From: a virus
Taxonomy: Duplodnaviria; Caudoviricetes
Strand: one strand, 5' to 3'
Length of the DNA stretch: 64,000 nucleotides
Virus record (IMG/VR): IMGVR_UViG_3300028833_000067
Location: 1 to 64,000 of that record
The position numbers and the translations under genes are program-made. Below the pieces are notes generated by a model. The model was not told the DNA's origin, ran no database searches, and was given only the letters and a program-made list of their open reading frames with translations. Every line of letters begins with the position of its first letter. Position 1 is the stretch's first letter. Positions 43,201 to 56,248 of this stretch are shown here, piece after piece.

Positions 43201-46200
43201 ACTCGCGGCAGCATCTTTTATAGAATTTGCAATTTCTAATAAATTAGCATTATCACTTAATTTTAATATTCCATTAATAATTTGTGCCCCAAATGGAATT
43301 AATTTGGTATTTAAATCATATAGAGCTGTAGACTGATGCGTTGAACCAGTTTCCCAATTATTTAATTGATTATCTATATCTGTAGCTACATGTGTTACAA
43401 TTTTTTTAGATAACGCATGACTAAAATCACTAAGATTAATCCAATCTCCAGGTTTAGCTTCTTCTAATCCTTTAATTTCTTCTGTAATGCTTTTTTCAGT
43501 TTTATGATTCAATTCAATTAAACCGTCATTAAATGTTTTATACGCACTTAAATATTCTTCAGAATTAAATTCCCAGCCCATACCTTCAGCAAAACGATTA
43601 AAGTCGCGAATACGCATTTTATTACCGCCCATGGCTTCAATAACTTTATCGGTAGTTAGCTATTCCATTAATTCATCAGTCATTTCAATACCAGCATTAG
43701 ATAATATTTCTGCAAATGCAGTATAAGTCATACCAGAAGCATTACCCAGTGCATCAATTGCTGCTTGTTCTGTAGCATTACCATTCTATGTTTCTAAAAT
43801 CTTTGCCTTAGCTTCATTTACTGCTGCTAATGTGGCTTCTCCAGATTTTAGTAACATATCATAATATTTTTGATATACAGAACTAATTTCTTCTAAAGTC
43901 GCAGTAATTACAGCAGTAGTATCATCAATTTCAATATGATATTTTCCGGCTTCATCAACTGCATCAAAAATTGCTTTTGCTTGGCCGCTAATTAAACCGC
44001 CAACACCATAACTTAATTGATCAAATGCATTTTCTAACTAACTAACTTCTGAACGGTATGCTGCTTCAACATCGGATGCTGTTAATTCTTTTCTTTGTGC
44101 TTTTGCGACTGCTCTCATTACTTCAACCGCAGCCGCACCGCCCTATTTAAGCTAATTAATATAATATTCTGATATTTCATCAGTAGTTGCACGAGATGCC
44201 TCATCTGCTGCTCTTCTCATCTCTGCTGGATGAATCTTCTCTGCTTCCTTAGCATCAATGTATGCCTTTCTTGCTTGTTGAAATACTTCATCAGAAGATT
44301 TTAAATAAGTTACTAAAGCATTTTTTAATGTTTTATAAGCCTCTCCATCATTTGATTTATTTTCTGCATCTAAGAAAGCATTAATATCAATATTTTCGGC
44401 TAATTTTTTCTAAACATTATCATTAACATATTTATTTAATTCTTGAGAATCAAGTAAGCCAAGATTTACAAGTTCTTGTCCCTGTGCTTGTACATAAGCT
44501 TGTAATACTTGAGGGTCTAATGTCCAAGCATCTAATATATCATTGTAGTTAAATGCATTATCTAAAGAAATACCAGTTAAATCTTTATATTCCTTTAAAA
44601 ACTTCTACATATCTGCAGTGTTGGTAGTGCCGCTGATAGTATAATTTACAGCAGAAGTTAAATTACTCATATTAGCATCCATAATAGATGCAATTTCTTC
44701 TCCAAATAGCTGATTAATATCTTGGCCCATGCCCTTCATTGCTGCTCGTAAGCTACTAACATTTAATTTCTATTTTCCAGTTACATCTTTAGTAATAAAT
44801 TTATGTAAATCAATTCCTTCAAATTGTGTATTAAAAGCAGCGATTTGCTCATTAGTAATATTAGTATAATTAGAAAGAACATCTTGTAATGCCTTCATTG
44901 ACTTATATTTTTTAGTATCTTCTAAATTATCAATTAATGCTTGTAATGAATTTACTGCTTCTTTATTAGATGGGGATGTTCTTGCTAATTCTTCACGCAG
45001 TTTCTATACGGCTGTATCTCCAGCAATAAATTGTTTGGTATAATCATCCCAGCGATAGCCAAGACTTTCCATAAAACTATCAGTATTTTCTACAGTACGA
45101 TGTAAGGCACTTTGTAATGTCTATGCTGAAGAATATGCAACATTCTCAGCAATTACACCTTTCCATGCTTCATTCTAATTAAATTTAGTTTTCCAAGTAG
45201 CAACTGCAGAGCGTATTGCCGTTGCTTCTTGAGGATTAGATTTAACCCAATTTTCATCAGCTAATTTAGATTCTAAGAGTGTAATATAACCATTAAGTTC
45301 TTTTTCAGTTTGGACTAAAATCGAATCTTCAGTTATACCTAATAAATCTTTAATTTCACTAATATTAATCCTGTCGCCTACTTTTGCACCACTTAAACTA
45401 GAAATCTAACTAGCAGCAGCTTTATCTAAATCTAAATCATTAGCATTGGAGATAAGACTATCAATATAAGCGCGACGGTATTTTTCTTGCGCTGCATGAC
45501 TTAATTTGTCATATTCAATACCAACGCCCTTTAAGAAGGTAATAAAACTATCCCAATCTACAATAGTAGTCTTACCAAAAATATCAGTAGAGAATACCTG
45601 ACTGCTGAGTAGTTTTAATTTCTTAAACTTATCCTCTTTCCATTTACCTGTGCTTTCATCAAAATATTCATCTAATTGAAGACCCATATCACTAAAGGCA
45701 GATTCAATATTACTAAAGTCTAATTGTGAACCCGCAGATAATAAAGTATCTCCAGCTTTCTACTTTTTATAATGTGCAGTAATAAGTTCACCATAGGATT
45801 TATTCCGTTCTGCAAGTGTTAATAAATTATCTTTATTTTTCTGATATAGTGCACGCGCCGCGGCAACATAATCTTGTCCAGCATCTAGTACACCATCTGT
45901 TGCCTTAAGGTCTATCTCTTCTGCTTCACTTAATAAAGCAATGGTAGTATCAGATAGCGCTTTTCCACCGCCTTCAAGTACTTCAGTAATAGCAGTAGCG
46001 ATTTGATCTGAACGAGCCTTACTTTGAGCACCTTTAGATGCCGCGTCCGCGGCTTGACGAGCAGCCTTACGATTACGAGCATCAGCTTCTTTATCTTTAT
46101 CACCTGCTGTAACTGCAGCCTCAATTTCTGCATCTAAGCTATCAAGAGAACCATAAATCTTATTAAGATATGCTTCACGTACTTGTTGCCAAGTATATGA

Positions 46201-49200
46201 AACATCTTCTTTATATTTTCTAACAATCTTACCACTCTCATCAGTAGTTTTAACACTAAAATCATCTAATTCTAGCGCAAGAGAATCTATCAACTTTTGA
46301 TTAGTTCCTGTGAAATCACTACCAGTAGATAATTTATTCCAATCAATTGCAGAATATAACTAATTTTTCTTATTACTCTAATATTCTTTTAGTAGAGTAT
46401 CTGCTGCAATAGCACTTTCATCATTCGCTTTTGCATGAGCTTCTAAAAATGTAAAAAAGTTATCTAAAGTTTTTTCCTTATATGTATCATCGGTCATAAA
46501 TTCTTCAGTCAAGCCTTCATAAACTAATGATAATTGTTCATTATCAGTTCCAATAACTGAATGAATATCAGCCATTATTTCATCAGCATAAGCATACTAA
46601 TTTCCTTTATGCTATGACATATAAGTATTTTTAAACTTAGCTAAATTATATTGTCCTTCTTTTTCTTGTGCATCTAAAATTGCTTTTACGCCAGCATCAT
46701 TAACATCAATACCTCTACCTCTTAATATTGTTTCGAAATAATTTCTATCGGTATAATTCGTGGCATTTTCTGAATCACTAATACGACTACCAATTATACC
46801 CATCATATTCTAAGTATTCTAAGTAGTACGACCTGTTAAACCACTGGTTCTTAATGCAGAAGTATAAATTTTATTTCCATTTTCATCAATACTAGTTGTA
46901 GTAACCTATTCAGTATAAATTTTAGCGGTATCAGCTAACTACTCTGCAGATGCGGCCATTTGCTATTCTTTTGCTTCAATAGCTTTCTATAAACCTTCAG
47001 CATTATAAATATATTTACCAAGAGCTGCATCATATGTAAATATATCATCAAAACTATCAATTTCAGAAAATACTGCACTAAGTTTGTCAAAACTCTCAAT
47101 AGCTTTATCTAAAGTTAATCCTGATTTATTAGTAGTTAAAATACTATCTATATCTTTAGCCGCAGTTGTTAACTAAGTAGTTAATTCCTATGCTAAAGTA
47201 TTAATATTGAAAACTAAATTCTCTGCCGCGCTATTAAGAGATACGACTAAATCTCCAATATAACCACTATCGGTGGCTATTCCTCGATCATTAGCATATT
47301 TTAAAATAGCATCTCGTGCTGTTGTAATAGAATTATAGCTATCAAATTTAATAGAAGTAATAGTGCTAAATAAATCATTTTGTACCTAATCATCTGTAAT
47401 ACCTTTTAAAACATTAAAAATATTATATAATTCTGTTAATCTACTGGTTGCTAATTGAGTGTATCCTTTTTCTGCTAAGTCATTAATACCTATTAACTAA
47501 TCAGTAAAATAATCAGAATATTTAGAAATAATACCTTCGCCTTGACCAAGAGCATAGGCAATATCTAAAGCATAATTACCCTATTCAGGATGTTCTCCAT
47601 TAATATCACCTTCAAGATATTTACCAGGAGTATCATACCATCCTATTTTTTCAAGGCCCTCCATGTCTTTATTTAATTTATGAGCTATTTTACCATCCTT
47701 ATCATAAGCATAAATAGTTTTAAGAATTCGTTCTCGATTATTTTTATTACTTTCAATAAACTAATCTATAATAGCATAATATACTTCTGAATTATCCTCT
47801 TCTGTTATTCCAAGAGATGTAGCAATGTCCTCTCCACTTAGATATTCTGTAAAATCTAATGACTCTAAAGTTTCTCTTTGAGACTCAGATAAAGAACCAA
47901 TCCAATCTAATAGAGTCTACGATAACTATTCAATTTCATGAGTATATTCATCATCATTTTTATATTGCCAGTCAGAAACACTAGCATACCCATGTTCCAT
48001 TGTAGCTTTTCGTTCCGCAGCCTGATACATTAATGAAGTATAAATACCTTTGCTACCTATATTATTAATTATTGATGAAGATAAATCTCCCCGTAATGGT
48101 GCAGCACTTAACAAAGCCTCAGAAGTCAATGCCTTACTCGCGGATGCAATTAATGCATTTTTACTACTTTTTAATTCTTTAATAACACCCTATACTTTAT
48201 TAAGTGCAACATTTAATTCTTTGGTATCAGGAGCTTCGTCGCCCCATTCAAAATAATCAGCCGCACTAGTAGCTCCTCCAAAAGCGTCTGGATGAGATTT
48301 AATTAAATTATCTAAAGTCTCTACTGTTTCAGTATAATTATATCGAATTCCTTGTGCGATACGCTCATTATATTGTGTTACTTGGCTACGATTAAAATCA
48401 GTACCGCCATATTCAATGGTAATACCCTGACCAGGACTGAAAGTAGTGCCTTTTTCGCCTGCGGTATTCTGTGCAATCATTTTTCCCCAATCTAATACTT
48501 CATCAACTGTCCATACTACAGTATTATCAAAAGTACCATTCTCTGCAGTATGACGAGCCATAATATCAGCATATCTTTGCCCTTCTTCAGTTGACATATC
48601 AAATTGATATCCACCAGAGATCATAGCGGACATTGCTCTTTCATATAAATCTTTAAAATTTCTATCATAATCAACCGTGGTAGTAGCCCCTGACGCACCA
48701 AGAAAAAGATCAATAATATCAATGCCAGTACCAGCATAATTTGTGGATTCACTATACTGAGATGCAGTCAACGTTTCTGCTCCACCATACTAATTTTGTA
48801 CTTTCCATCCTTGTTCATCGCTATTTGTTTCATAATATAAACTAACCGCACGATCGGTATGTGAAGCCGATTCTGTTGCACTATTTAATTCAGTCTATAA
48901 CTACTCTGCATAATCTAACTATTCATTAACAGTTTTCATATTAGCGATAGCCGCTTGTCGCGCTGTACGAGCAGCCTCCGTACGAGTCTATGCTAAATAT
49001 GTTTCAGCATCTTCTAAAGCAATAATAGCATTACCAGCCTCGTCATATGCAGAAACTAAATTCGGATAAGCATCTGCCATTGTATTCATAGCATCTTTAT
49101 ATGCTTGCATATCCTCGGTGGAATTATACATGGCTTTTTTTAAAGCTTTTAAATTATCAATCTATGAAGAAACATCTGTAACCTTGCTTTGAGCTTTTTG

Positions 49201-52200
49201 ATTTTCTTCTGTTTTTTCGGCCGCTTCTTCTTTTAATTTCTCAATTTTTTCTAATGTAGTAACTTGTAATCCATCTATAATTGCACCTATACCGCCCGCA
49301 AGAAAGCCACCAAACGCACCAATCGCTGCGCCCCATGGGCCAAATGCCAGACCCATTGAAGCTCCAGTGCCTGCCATAGAAATACCATTGCCAAGACCTG
49401 TATATATTTTTGATTTTTCTACGCCATTACCGCCAATACCTTGCCATCCTAAAATATTATCACCTAATTGATCTTTATGTCCTGCGCCTGCTGCAGTAAT
49501 CATTGTACCAAAAATACGTGCAGCTCCCGAGGCAACACCAATGCCTTTCATTACATTTAAAGAATATTTTCCACCGATATCAGTAGCTCCTCTCGCGGCA
49601 CCAGCCTTCTCTCTATCAGCAGACGCGGCATCTTTTGCGGCAGGTACTTTTTCTTGATCTGCTGTCTATGCACCTATCGCAGATGGGATTTTATTCTAAT
49701 CAGCGGTCGCTGCTCCTTCAGCAGGAACAATTTTAGATTGATCGGACACGGCAGCCTCTTCAGCTGCGGGTACTTTATTTTGATCTGCCTATGCAGCCCC
49801 TTCAGCTGGTGGGACTTTATTCTAATCCGCAACCGCAGCTTCTTCTGCAGGAGGGACTTTATTTTGATCTGCCTATGCAGCTTCTTCCGCAGGGAGAATT
49901 TTTTGCTAATCTGCATTTGCAGCCACCTCGGCTGATGGAACTTTATTTTGATCTGCCTATGCAGCTTCTTCTGCAGGAGGAACTTTATTTTTATCTGCCT
50001 GTGCAGCTTCATTTGCTGCAGCCGCGGCTTCCTATAATGCTGTATATAAATCATCAAATCCACTAGGCGTTTCAGCCAAACTAGCTAAAAAACGATCTAA
50101 TGCATTAAAATTAGCATTGCCCCCATTTACTCCCATCTCTGCGAGTAAGGATTGACGTATACTAGCATCACCTAAACTAGGATAATTACTTAAAATGTTT
50201 TCTAAAACATATGACGAACTCTAACCAGAAGTTCCAGTTAAGAAATTAGTCATAGCTCCAATATTATTAATTGGTACTACGGCTGCAGCAGGATTTGTCA
50301 CTGCAGTCGCGGACATAGCCATGCCCATATTAGCTGCATGTGTTCCATTAATTACTCCCATTGCTGCATCATATTCAGATGTATTGGGTTTAATATTAAT
50401 TATCTTATCTAATGGGGCCTAAATATCTTTAATTTTTTGTTCATATTCTTGATTTTCTATGGTAATTTTAGCTTTTCTCTCTGTTAGCCAATCTTTACCT
50501 ATTCCTAATAGGCTTTTGGTACCAGTGCCTAATCCAATAATATTCATTAATGTAGTAAGAACGCCAGATGTACCAAGTTTACCAATTGTGGTTATAATAC
50601 GAGTTAACCACTCATAGGCGCCCTTTAAATTATTTTCTATATGTAAATCTAAATATAACTATGAAAAAGCATTTTTTAATTGATTCGCTTTAGATTCAAG
50701 AGAATCCATTGTTTTTGCTGTTTGCACTATGCTAGTATTTTCTGCATTATTAGCAGTATCTATCGCGCGACTTAATTCATCATAGTTAGATACCAAAGCA
50801 ATAAAACGAGATTGCTATCTATTACCAGCCATAATTGTAGCAATATAACGTTGTGTATTATTATCTAATGAATCCCATTTTGCAGCTAATTCCATAATAA
50901 CATCATCAAAATCACGGAATTGACCACTTGCATCTTTAATAGAAATTCCAACAGATTTTAATGCGGTATCAACTTTATTAAATGCCACTTCTTCTCCATC
51001 GACATTAATTAAACTACTAGGAGATGCTTTCATTTCACCATAACGAGAAATAATAGATTTTAAAGCAGAACCAATATTTTGAGCAGATTCACGAGTAGTC
51101 TGAATCATAACGCTCATAAATGCAGAAGTACTTTGCAATGACATTCCAACATTCGCAGCAGAAGAAGCCGTCTTCTCCATAGCATTTGCTATTTCAGCAG
51201 AACTTACAGCGAATTTTGCTGCCAACGCACTATACGTATCAGTTACTGATTGTGCTTGAGTCATTTCAATTTTAAATGCACGAATAGCTACTGTCATGGC
51301 ATTAGCCGCATCGCTATACTCCATACCAGCAATTTTTGCCATTTTTAATGTCTCAGTAGTCAATTCCATAACTTGAGCCGTTTGTAAACCCTATTGATAG
51401 AAGATTTGAGAAACAGTATATACATCTTTTGTAGCAACACCATATTGCTATGCCGTAGCAGTATATTCACCTATTTTCCCCCATAATTCTTTCTATGACA
51501 TATTGGTAACAACTGCAATATTAGTTATATTCTTATCAAGTTCTTTTATATTATTAAAAGCATTTCGTACTGCCTATGTTACCTTACGAACAATAGCATA
51601 GATACCAATATATCGAGTAATAAAATTAGAAATACCCTACATTTTTCCGATTGCATCATCTAATGATTGTAATCGTGCTTTTCCTGCAGCAACTGCCGCA
51701 TTTAAATTATTAATCTCTGCTGTAGCGGCAGTAAATAAACCAGATAACTAAGGTGACCTTGCAACAGCATTAGTTAAAGCATCCTAATATTCTCTTAATT
51801 TCTATTGAGGTTCTTTTAATGCTTCAGCTATCTCATGTGCTTTTGCGGCAATTTCCTAATTGGGTAAATCAAAAATTTTATTTAAATTAGTATAAGCTCC
51901 TGCACGTGTAGTATCTTTATCAATATCAGCTTTTAATTTATCTACTTCAGCTTTCTAAGAAGCATAACTATTACGTAGCGATTCAATATTGCCTAGATTA
52001 TCGCCAAATAATACTTTTTTAGCTAATCCAGAATCTGTACCCATAGATTTAAGTACATCAGTCCAAGACATTTTAAGTTCAGTGGCTTGTTCTTTAATAC
52101 GTCTACGAATTGCCGTAATATCTTCCTAACTAAAACTAAACTATTCAGTAAGTTTAGATAGAAATGTATTCATTCCATTAAATCCGCCTTTAAATCCCGT

Positions 52201-52932
52201 GAAGCCTTTTTCATCAAAATTTAATGCGTCAGATAATGCTTGCTATACTTCATTTTTATTACCATTTTTATTAATAGCTTTAAACGCCTAACTAAAATAA
52301 TCTAATGCTCCCCACTGAGTAAATGCATTTTGGCCTGCCTAATTTTCATTTAATTGAGATATTTTAGTATTATATTCAGCAGTTTTTAATTCAATTGTCT
52401 AAATAACTCTATTCATGCCAATTTCAATTGCACGATAGAGTTCATCATAGCCCTGCTCAAGCATTTTTGCTGCTTTAGCAGGCTCAGCTACGTTTAGATT
52501 AGCTAAAAAATCCTAATTATTAATTAACTTATCTTTCTAAGTACCTTTAAAAGAAATTAAGCTATTTTGTAATTCTTGAATTCTAGCCTATAATGCAGTA
52601 ATCTAGCCACTTACATCATCAGGAATTTTTAAATCAGTAAAAGATAAATTCTTAGCAGTATTAGCAACTTTATTTAATCCCAATTCAACCTAATCAATAT
52701 CTTTCTAAATTGAAGAAAAATCTCCCTGTGTAGTTAAAGCAGTTTTTGCTTTTGCTGCAATCTAATCTAGACGTGTTAAAACCTTTCCTAATTCTTGATC
52801 AATCTTTTTCCCGCCTAATGAATTAGATAAAATATTCTTATCTGCAAACTACTTTAACTAATTCGCTATCTCCTACAAATTCTAAATTTGTATAGATACT
52901 GGAAGTTCAATGCCTTGTGTTGCCATCTCCAT
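37249..52932 (-). CDS. Tape measure protein (TAG=Gln), ~5227 aa
   Basis: Fourteen track fragments share one frame. TP901-type TMP core (ELTTETLKMAKIAG...TRESAQNIGSALKSIISR...IATIMAGNRQQSRFIAL), TM-like Gly/Ala segment, GExGPE motifs. GAAAGGAG SD. Start may be 52926. Confidence 0.88.
49606..50010 (-). repeat. 42-bp (14-aa) tandem repeat in tape measure, ~9-10 copies
   Basis: Unit approximately EEAAQADQNKVPPA. Confidence 0.9.
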
Positions 52933-52955
52933 CTCATCTCCTTTCATCCCATAAT

Positions 52956-52986
52956 AAAAAAAGAGCCACTTTCAAAAGAAAGTGGC
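52956..52986 (-). terminator. Intrinsic terminator/attenuator upstream of tape measure
   Basis: GCCACTTTC/GAAAGTGGC stem, U-run on the minus strand. Confidence 0.8.
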
Positions 52987-52991
52987 ACATA

Positions 52992-53894
52992 TCAAATATC
53001 CCCGTCATCTGGTTCCCCTAAACGAGTTATTTCCATAATTAAATTTTTCTAATCCCCAACTGTTTCTGGCAATCCAATGATATTAAAAGTAGAAACGGTG
53101 GGATCGGCCCTTTCTCCCAGTCGTAAGTTAATATTACTTACAACCCTAACTTTCGGCATATACAAAATATTTGTATAATTTAAACCCTCATTTTCATCCT
53201 TTGAGTAAAACTTTGCTTCAAGCGCGAAAAGACCATTAAAACGTTCTTTTTGCACACTATAAATCAAGGCTTCGTGCTCATATTTATAGTAATAATCAAT
53301 CGTATATTTCCTATTATTTTCTACTGGCTCTTCAAAATTTTTATCCTTGGCTAACATAATGCGCCAATGGTCTGAATCATTAGCATCAACTACACTTATA
53401 TCCTTTCCATAAATTTTATTCTAAATTGTATCCCTATCATAATCAAATATGAATACTTTTTTAATTGGATAATTTACTGGTTTATGCTATAGCTCTACAT
53501 ATGGAAACTCTTTAATTTTTCCTTTAATTTCCTAAGATATAGTATTTTCAGCTAGAATTGATTCTATCATATGTACATACATAGGTTGTCTTTCTTTCTA
53601 TGATAAAACATTCGCGCCAAGTAAAATACTCATACCAACTGAAGACATTACCCCTTCTGTCATCTAAAACTGAACTTCGCCTCGCTCATCCCAAATAATG
53701 CGTGGCATATTTGCCCAGCCGCCGCGCGCGAATACTGGTCTATTTGATTCAGTTAATAATGACATATTCACATTATTAAAATATAGCACTGGTTCGTCTG
53801 CTTCAATATAACGTTCACCAAAATACATTGGCGCTTTCGCGCGAAGAGTTACCTCATAAAGTTCTTTATGGCCAAAATTTTGATCTAATATCAT
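52992..53894 (-). CDS. Minor tail-tube paralogue (TAG=Gln), 300 aa
   Basis: Joins two track fragments. Colinear similarity to the major tail protein (FGHKE/YGIKE, ARGGW..IIWD/AQGGW..IQWD, SNINL..DPT/SNVTI..DPS). Confidence 0.75.
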
Positions 53895-53909
53895 ATACTA
53901 TCACCACCT

Positions 53910-53943
53910 AAAAAAAATAAAGGGCTTCCCGATTGGGAAGCCC
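53910..53943 (-). terminator. Intrinsic terminator after major tail protein
   Basis: GGGCTTCCC/GGGAAGCCC stem plus U-run. Confidence 0.85.
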
Positions 53944-53955
53944 ATTTATTCTTAA

Positions 53956-54957
53956 TTAAGGTGTTCCACCTTCGGAAGAACTAGAAGCGGCTAAAGAGCC
54001 ATAGTCATTACCACTCTGAGAAGCAGAAGCTTCATCAAGGTTATAACGAACTAGCTTCATCATTTCATTCTGGCCAGCTTCATTGGTAGAACGAAGTACA
54101 TTTAAAGTCATTTCAAATGTGGAAGGATCGCCTTCTGCCTGTAGGGTAATAGTAACATTGCTCTGTACCTTGGCCTTGTTAATGATGAACTGGAATGGTT
54201 CATCCTTACCGGTCTTTTCAGAACGCATGAATGTATCACCAACTACACGATAGGTGCCAGGGAAAGTATCTGGACTAATAGTTACTTCAACTGCACTCTC
54301 ATCGGTAGTAGAAGAAGTTACTACATCTTCCCAGAAAATACGAATCTGATCGCCTTCTACTGGGGCAGTTTCTTCATCAATACCAGCGGCAGGATTCTTG
54401 AACTTAATATTGTTAAGAGCTGTCATTACCTTAGCTGCTCCATTTGGATCATCTACTACAATCTGAGTACGAGTACCAGCTGTAGTGCTATTCATACCGC
54501 CGCCTAAGTTAATTAGACGAATTGGATGACCAAATGTGGCCTTAGGATATAGTACCTTTTTAGTTAAATGATCTACTGGAGCAGGAATAAGACCATTAGC
54601 TTTAGCTACAACCTGCTCAGTATGACGTACTATAACGGTCTCGCCTTCAACATTAGTCTTTTTAATAGCGCCACCAAGCATAAACCGTAAAGATTCTATA
54701 GACATTAGAGCGTCTTCTAGAGTAATATTGATTTCCTTACCATAGTCCCACTGAATTAGTTTTGGATTTCCCCAACCGCCCTGAGCTGCGGTATTTTCAG
54801 CAGTGGTTTCAATGGTGGAAACTTTTAGGGTATCTAGGAATAGAACGATGTCACCGGCATATACACCAGCGGCAGAGTCATTATCTAGAGCTTCAAAGTA
54901 AACGTTGGCTACTTCTTTTATGCCATACTTATCAAAAATATTAACGTTACTTGCCAT
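53956..54957 (-). CDS. Major tail tube protein
   Basis: Position, AAGGAGG SD, high-expression codon usage, GGWGNPKLIQWDYGKE and AEGDPSTFEM motifs, followed by a terminator. No TAG. Confidence 0.8.
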   Translation of the reverse strand: MASNVNIFDKYGIKEVANVYFEALDNDSAAGVYAGDIVLFLDTLKVSTIETTAENTAAQGGWGNPKLIQWDYGKEINITLEDALMSIESLRFMLGGAIKKTNVEGETVIVRHTEQVVAKANGLIPAPVDHLTKKVLYPKATFGHPIRLINLGGGMNSTTAGTRTQIVVDDPNGAAKVMTALNNIKFKNPAAGIDEETAPVEGDQIRIFWEDVVTSSTTDESAVEVTISPDTFPGTYRVVGDTFMRSEKTGKDEPFQFIINKAKVQSNVTITLQAEGDPSTFEMTLNVLRSTNEAGQNEMMKLVRYNLDEASASQSGNDYGSLAASSSSEGGTP

Positions 54958-54971
54958 AAGAGTTACCTCCT

Positions 54972-55745
54972 TTATTTATCAGAACTGGCAATGGAACGCA
55001 TCCAATGCTTCAGCTATGATTTGTTAATTTTAGCGCCAGCAAGGGCTGCTTTCTAATTTATATTAAACTAATCACGCCAGCCCATCCGCTTTAACTAATC
55101 GTGAAAAGCATAATATGTAATATCCCAAATATTATGAATATTTAGGCCGCAATCATTAAGAGCCATGCTCCCAATTAAATCAGATAATTTTAAATCTGAA
55201 TCTTGTCCACTTTTCGCTTTTGCTTTAGCCTTACGTACTTTTTCACGATTTATACGCATTTGCATTTTTATGCGTTTAGTTATTGGATCATCATCATCAT
55301 TAATGATGATTTCCTCTCCTTCCTATTCGATAAAATACATGCGCCGTAAAATATGCTATAAGTCTTGAAATTGTTTTTCCTCAAGAATATGCTTGTCCTC
55401 TACGGGCCCGATAATTATCTAAGGTGGATCTAAAATAAAAGTAACTTGTGAATGCGTAAAAAAACGAAAAGCAGATTTTAATAAGGTGTTAATTGATGGG
55501 TCTAGAGTAGTCATAAGTAATAAATACTAGAAATCTGTAATTTTTTCTAATAAATTATTTAATTCACTATCTCCCTAAAGATCAGTAGGTTTATCAGAAG
55601 TTAATATACCTAAATATTTCTAAAAATTTTCATATCCAACATCAACAATTTCACCTAAAGTTGCAGGATAAACTGCACATATATCTTCTATAAATACTGG
55701 ACTACCTTTTAGAAATTTTAAAACTTCATTATCAGTTAAATTCAT
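54972..55745 (-). CDS. Tail-associated hypothetical protein, possible assembly chaperone (TAG=Gln), 257 aa
   Basis: MNLTDNEVLKFLKGSPVF...IWDITYYAFHDQLKRM...AALAGA...KHW. Absent from the track. Confidence 0.7.
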
Positions 55746-56238
55746 TAATATTATATTGCATAGTATAGCCGCCTATTTGTGAAGTAAAAACATTTCGATC
55801 TGCTCTTACAAACTATAATGTTCCAATTCCAGCCATTTTCGCGCCATTAAACATATTATCAATTTCTTCCATAATAAGATAAGGACGTAAAGATTGCCCA
55901 TTTAGAACCCATTCATCGTAAGGGCAGGCAATATCAATACCTATTGTATCCAATTTAAAATCAGGATTTATAATATTAGTTGTAAAACTATTAAATAGCG
56001 CGACTATATATGAAGTTTTTTCTGTACTTTCATCCCAAATTTTTGGGGTGATCATAATCTACTTATTAAGAAGCGAGATGCCATCTACGTTCTAATATTT
56101 TTCTTCATCAAAAGGATCACGTACCTAGTATTTAAGAAGTCGACATAAGCGCTAATTAGACATTAATTTATTTGCTATGTGAAAAGCATTAGTTCCCATC
56201 ACAGCAAATCTACGCTATGTAATTTTTTCAGTTGCCAT
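55732..56238 (-). CDS. Putative tail terminator/completion protein (TAG=Gln), 168 aa
   Basis: NQRLCRLLKY...LRPYLIMEEID...GIGTLQF, position before the tail tube. Confidence 0.65.
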
Positions 56239-56248
56239 ATAACTCACC

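Noticed and set aside
49606-50010. CRISPR array
   Set aside because: Contiguous in-frame coding repeats without unique spacers, and no cas genes.
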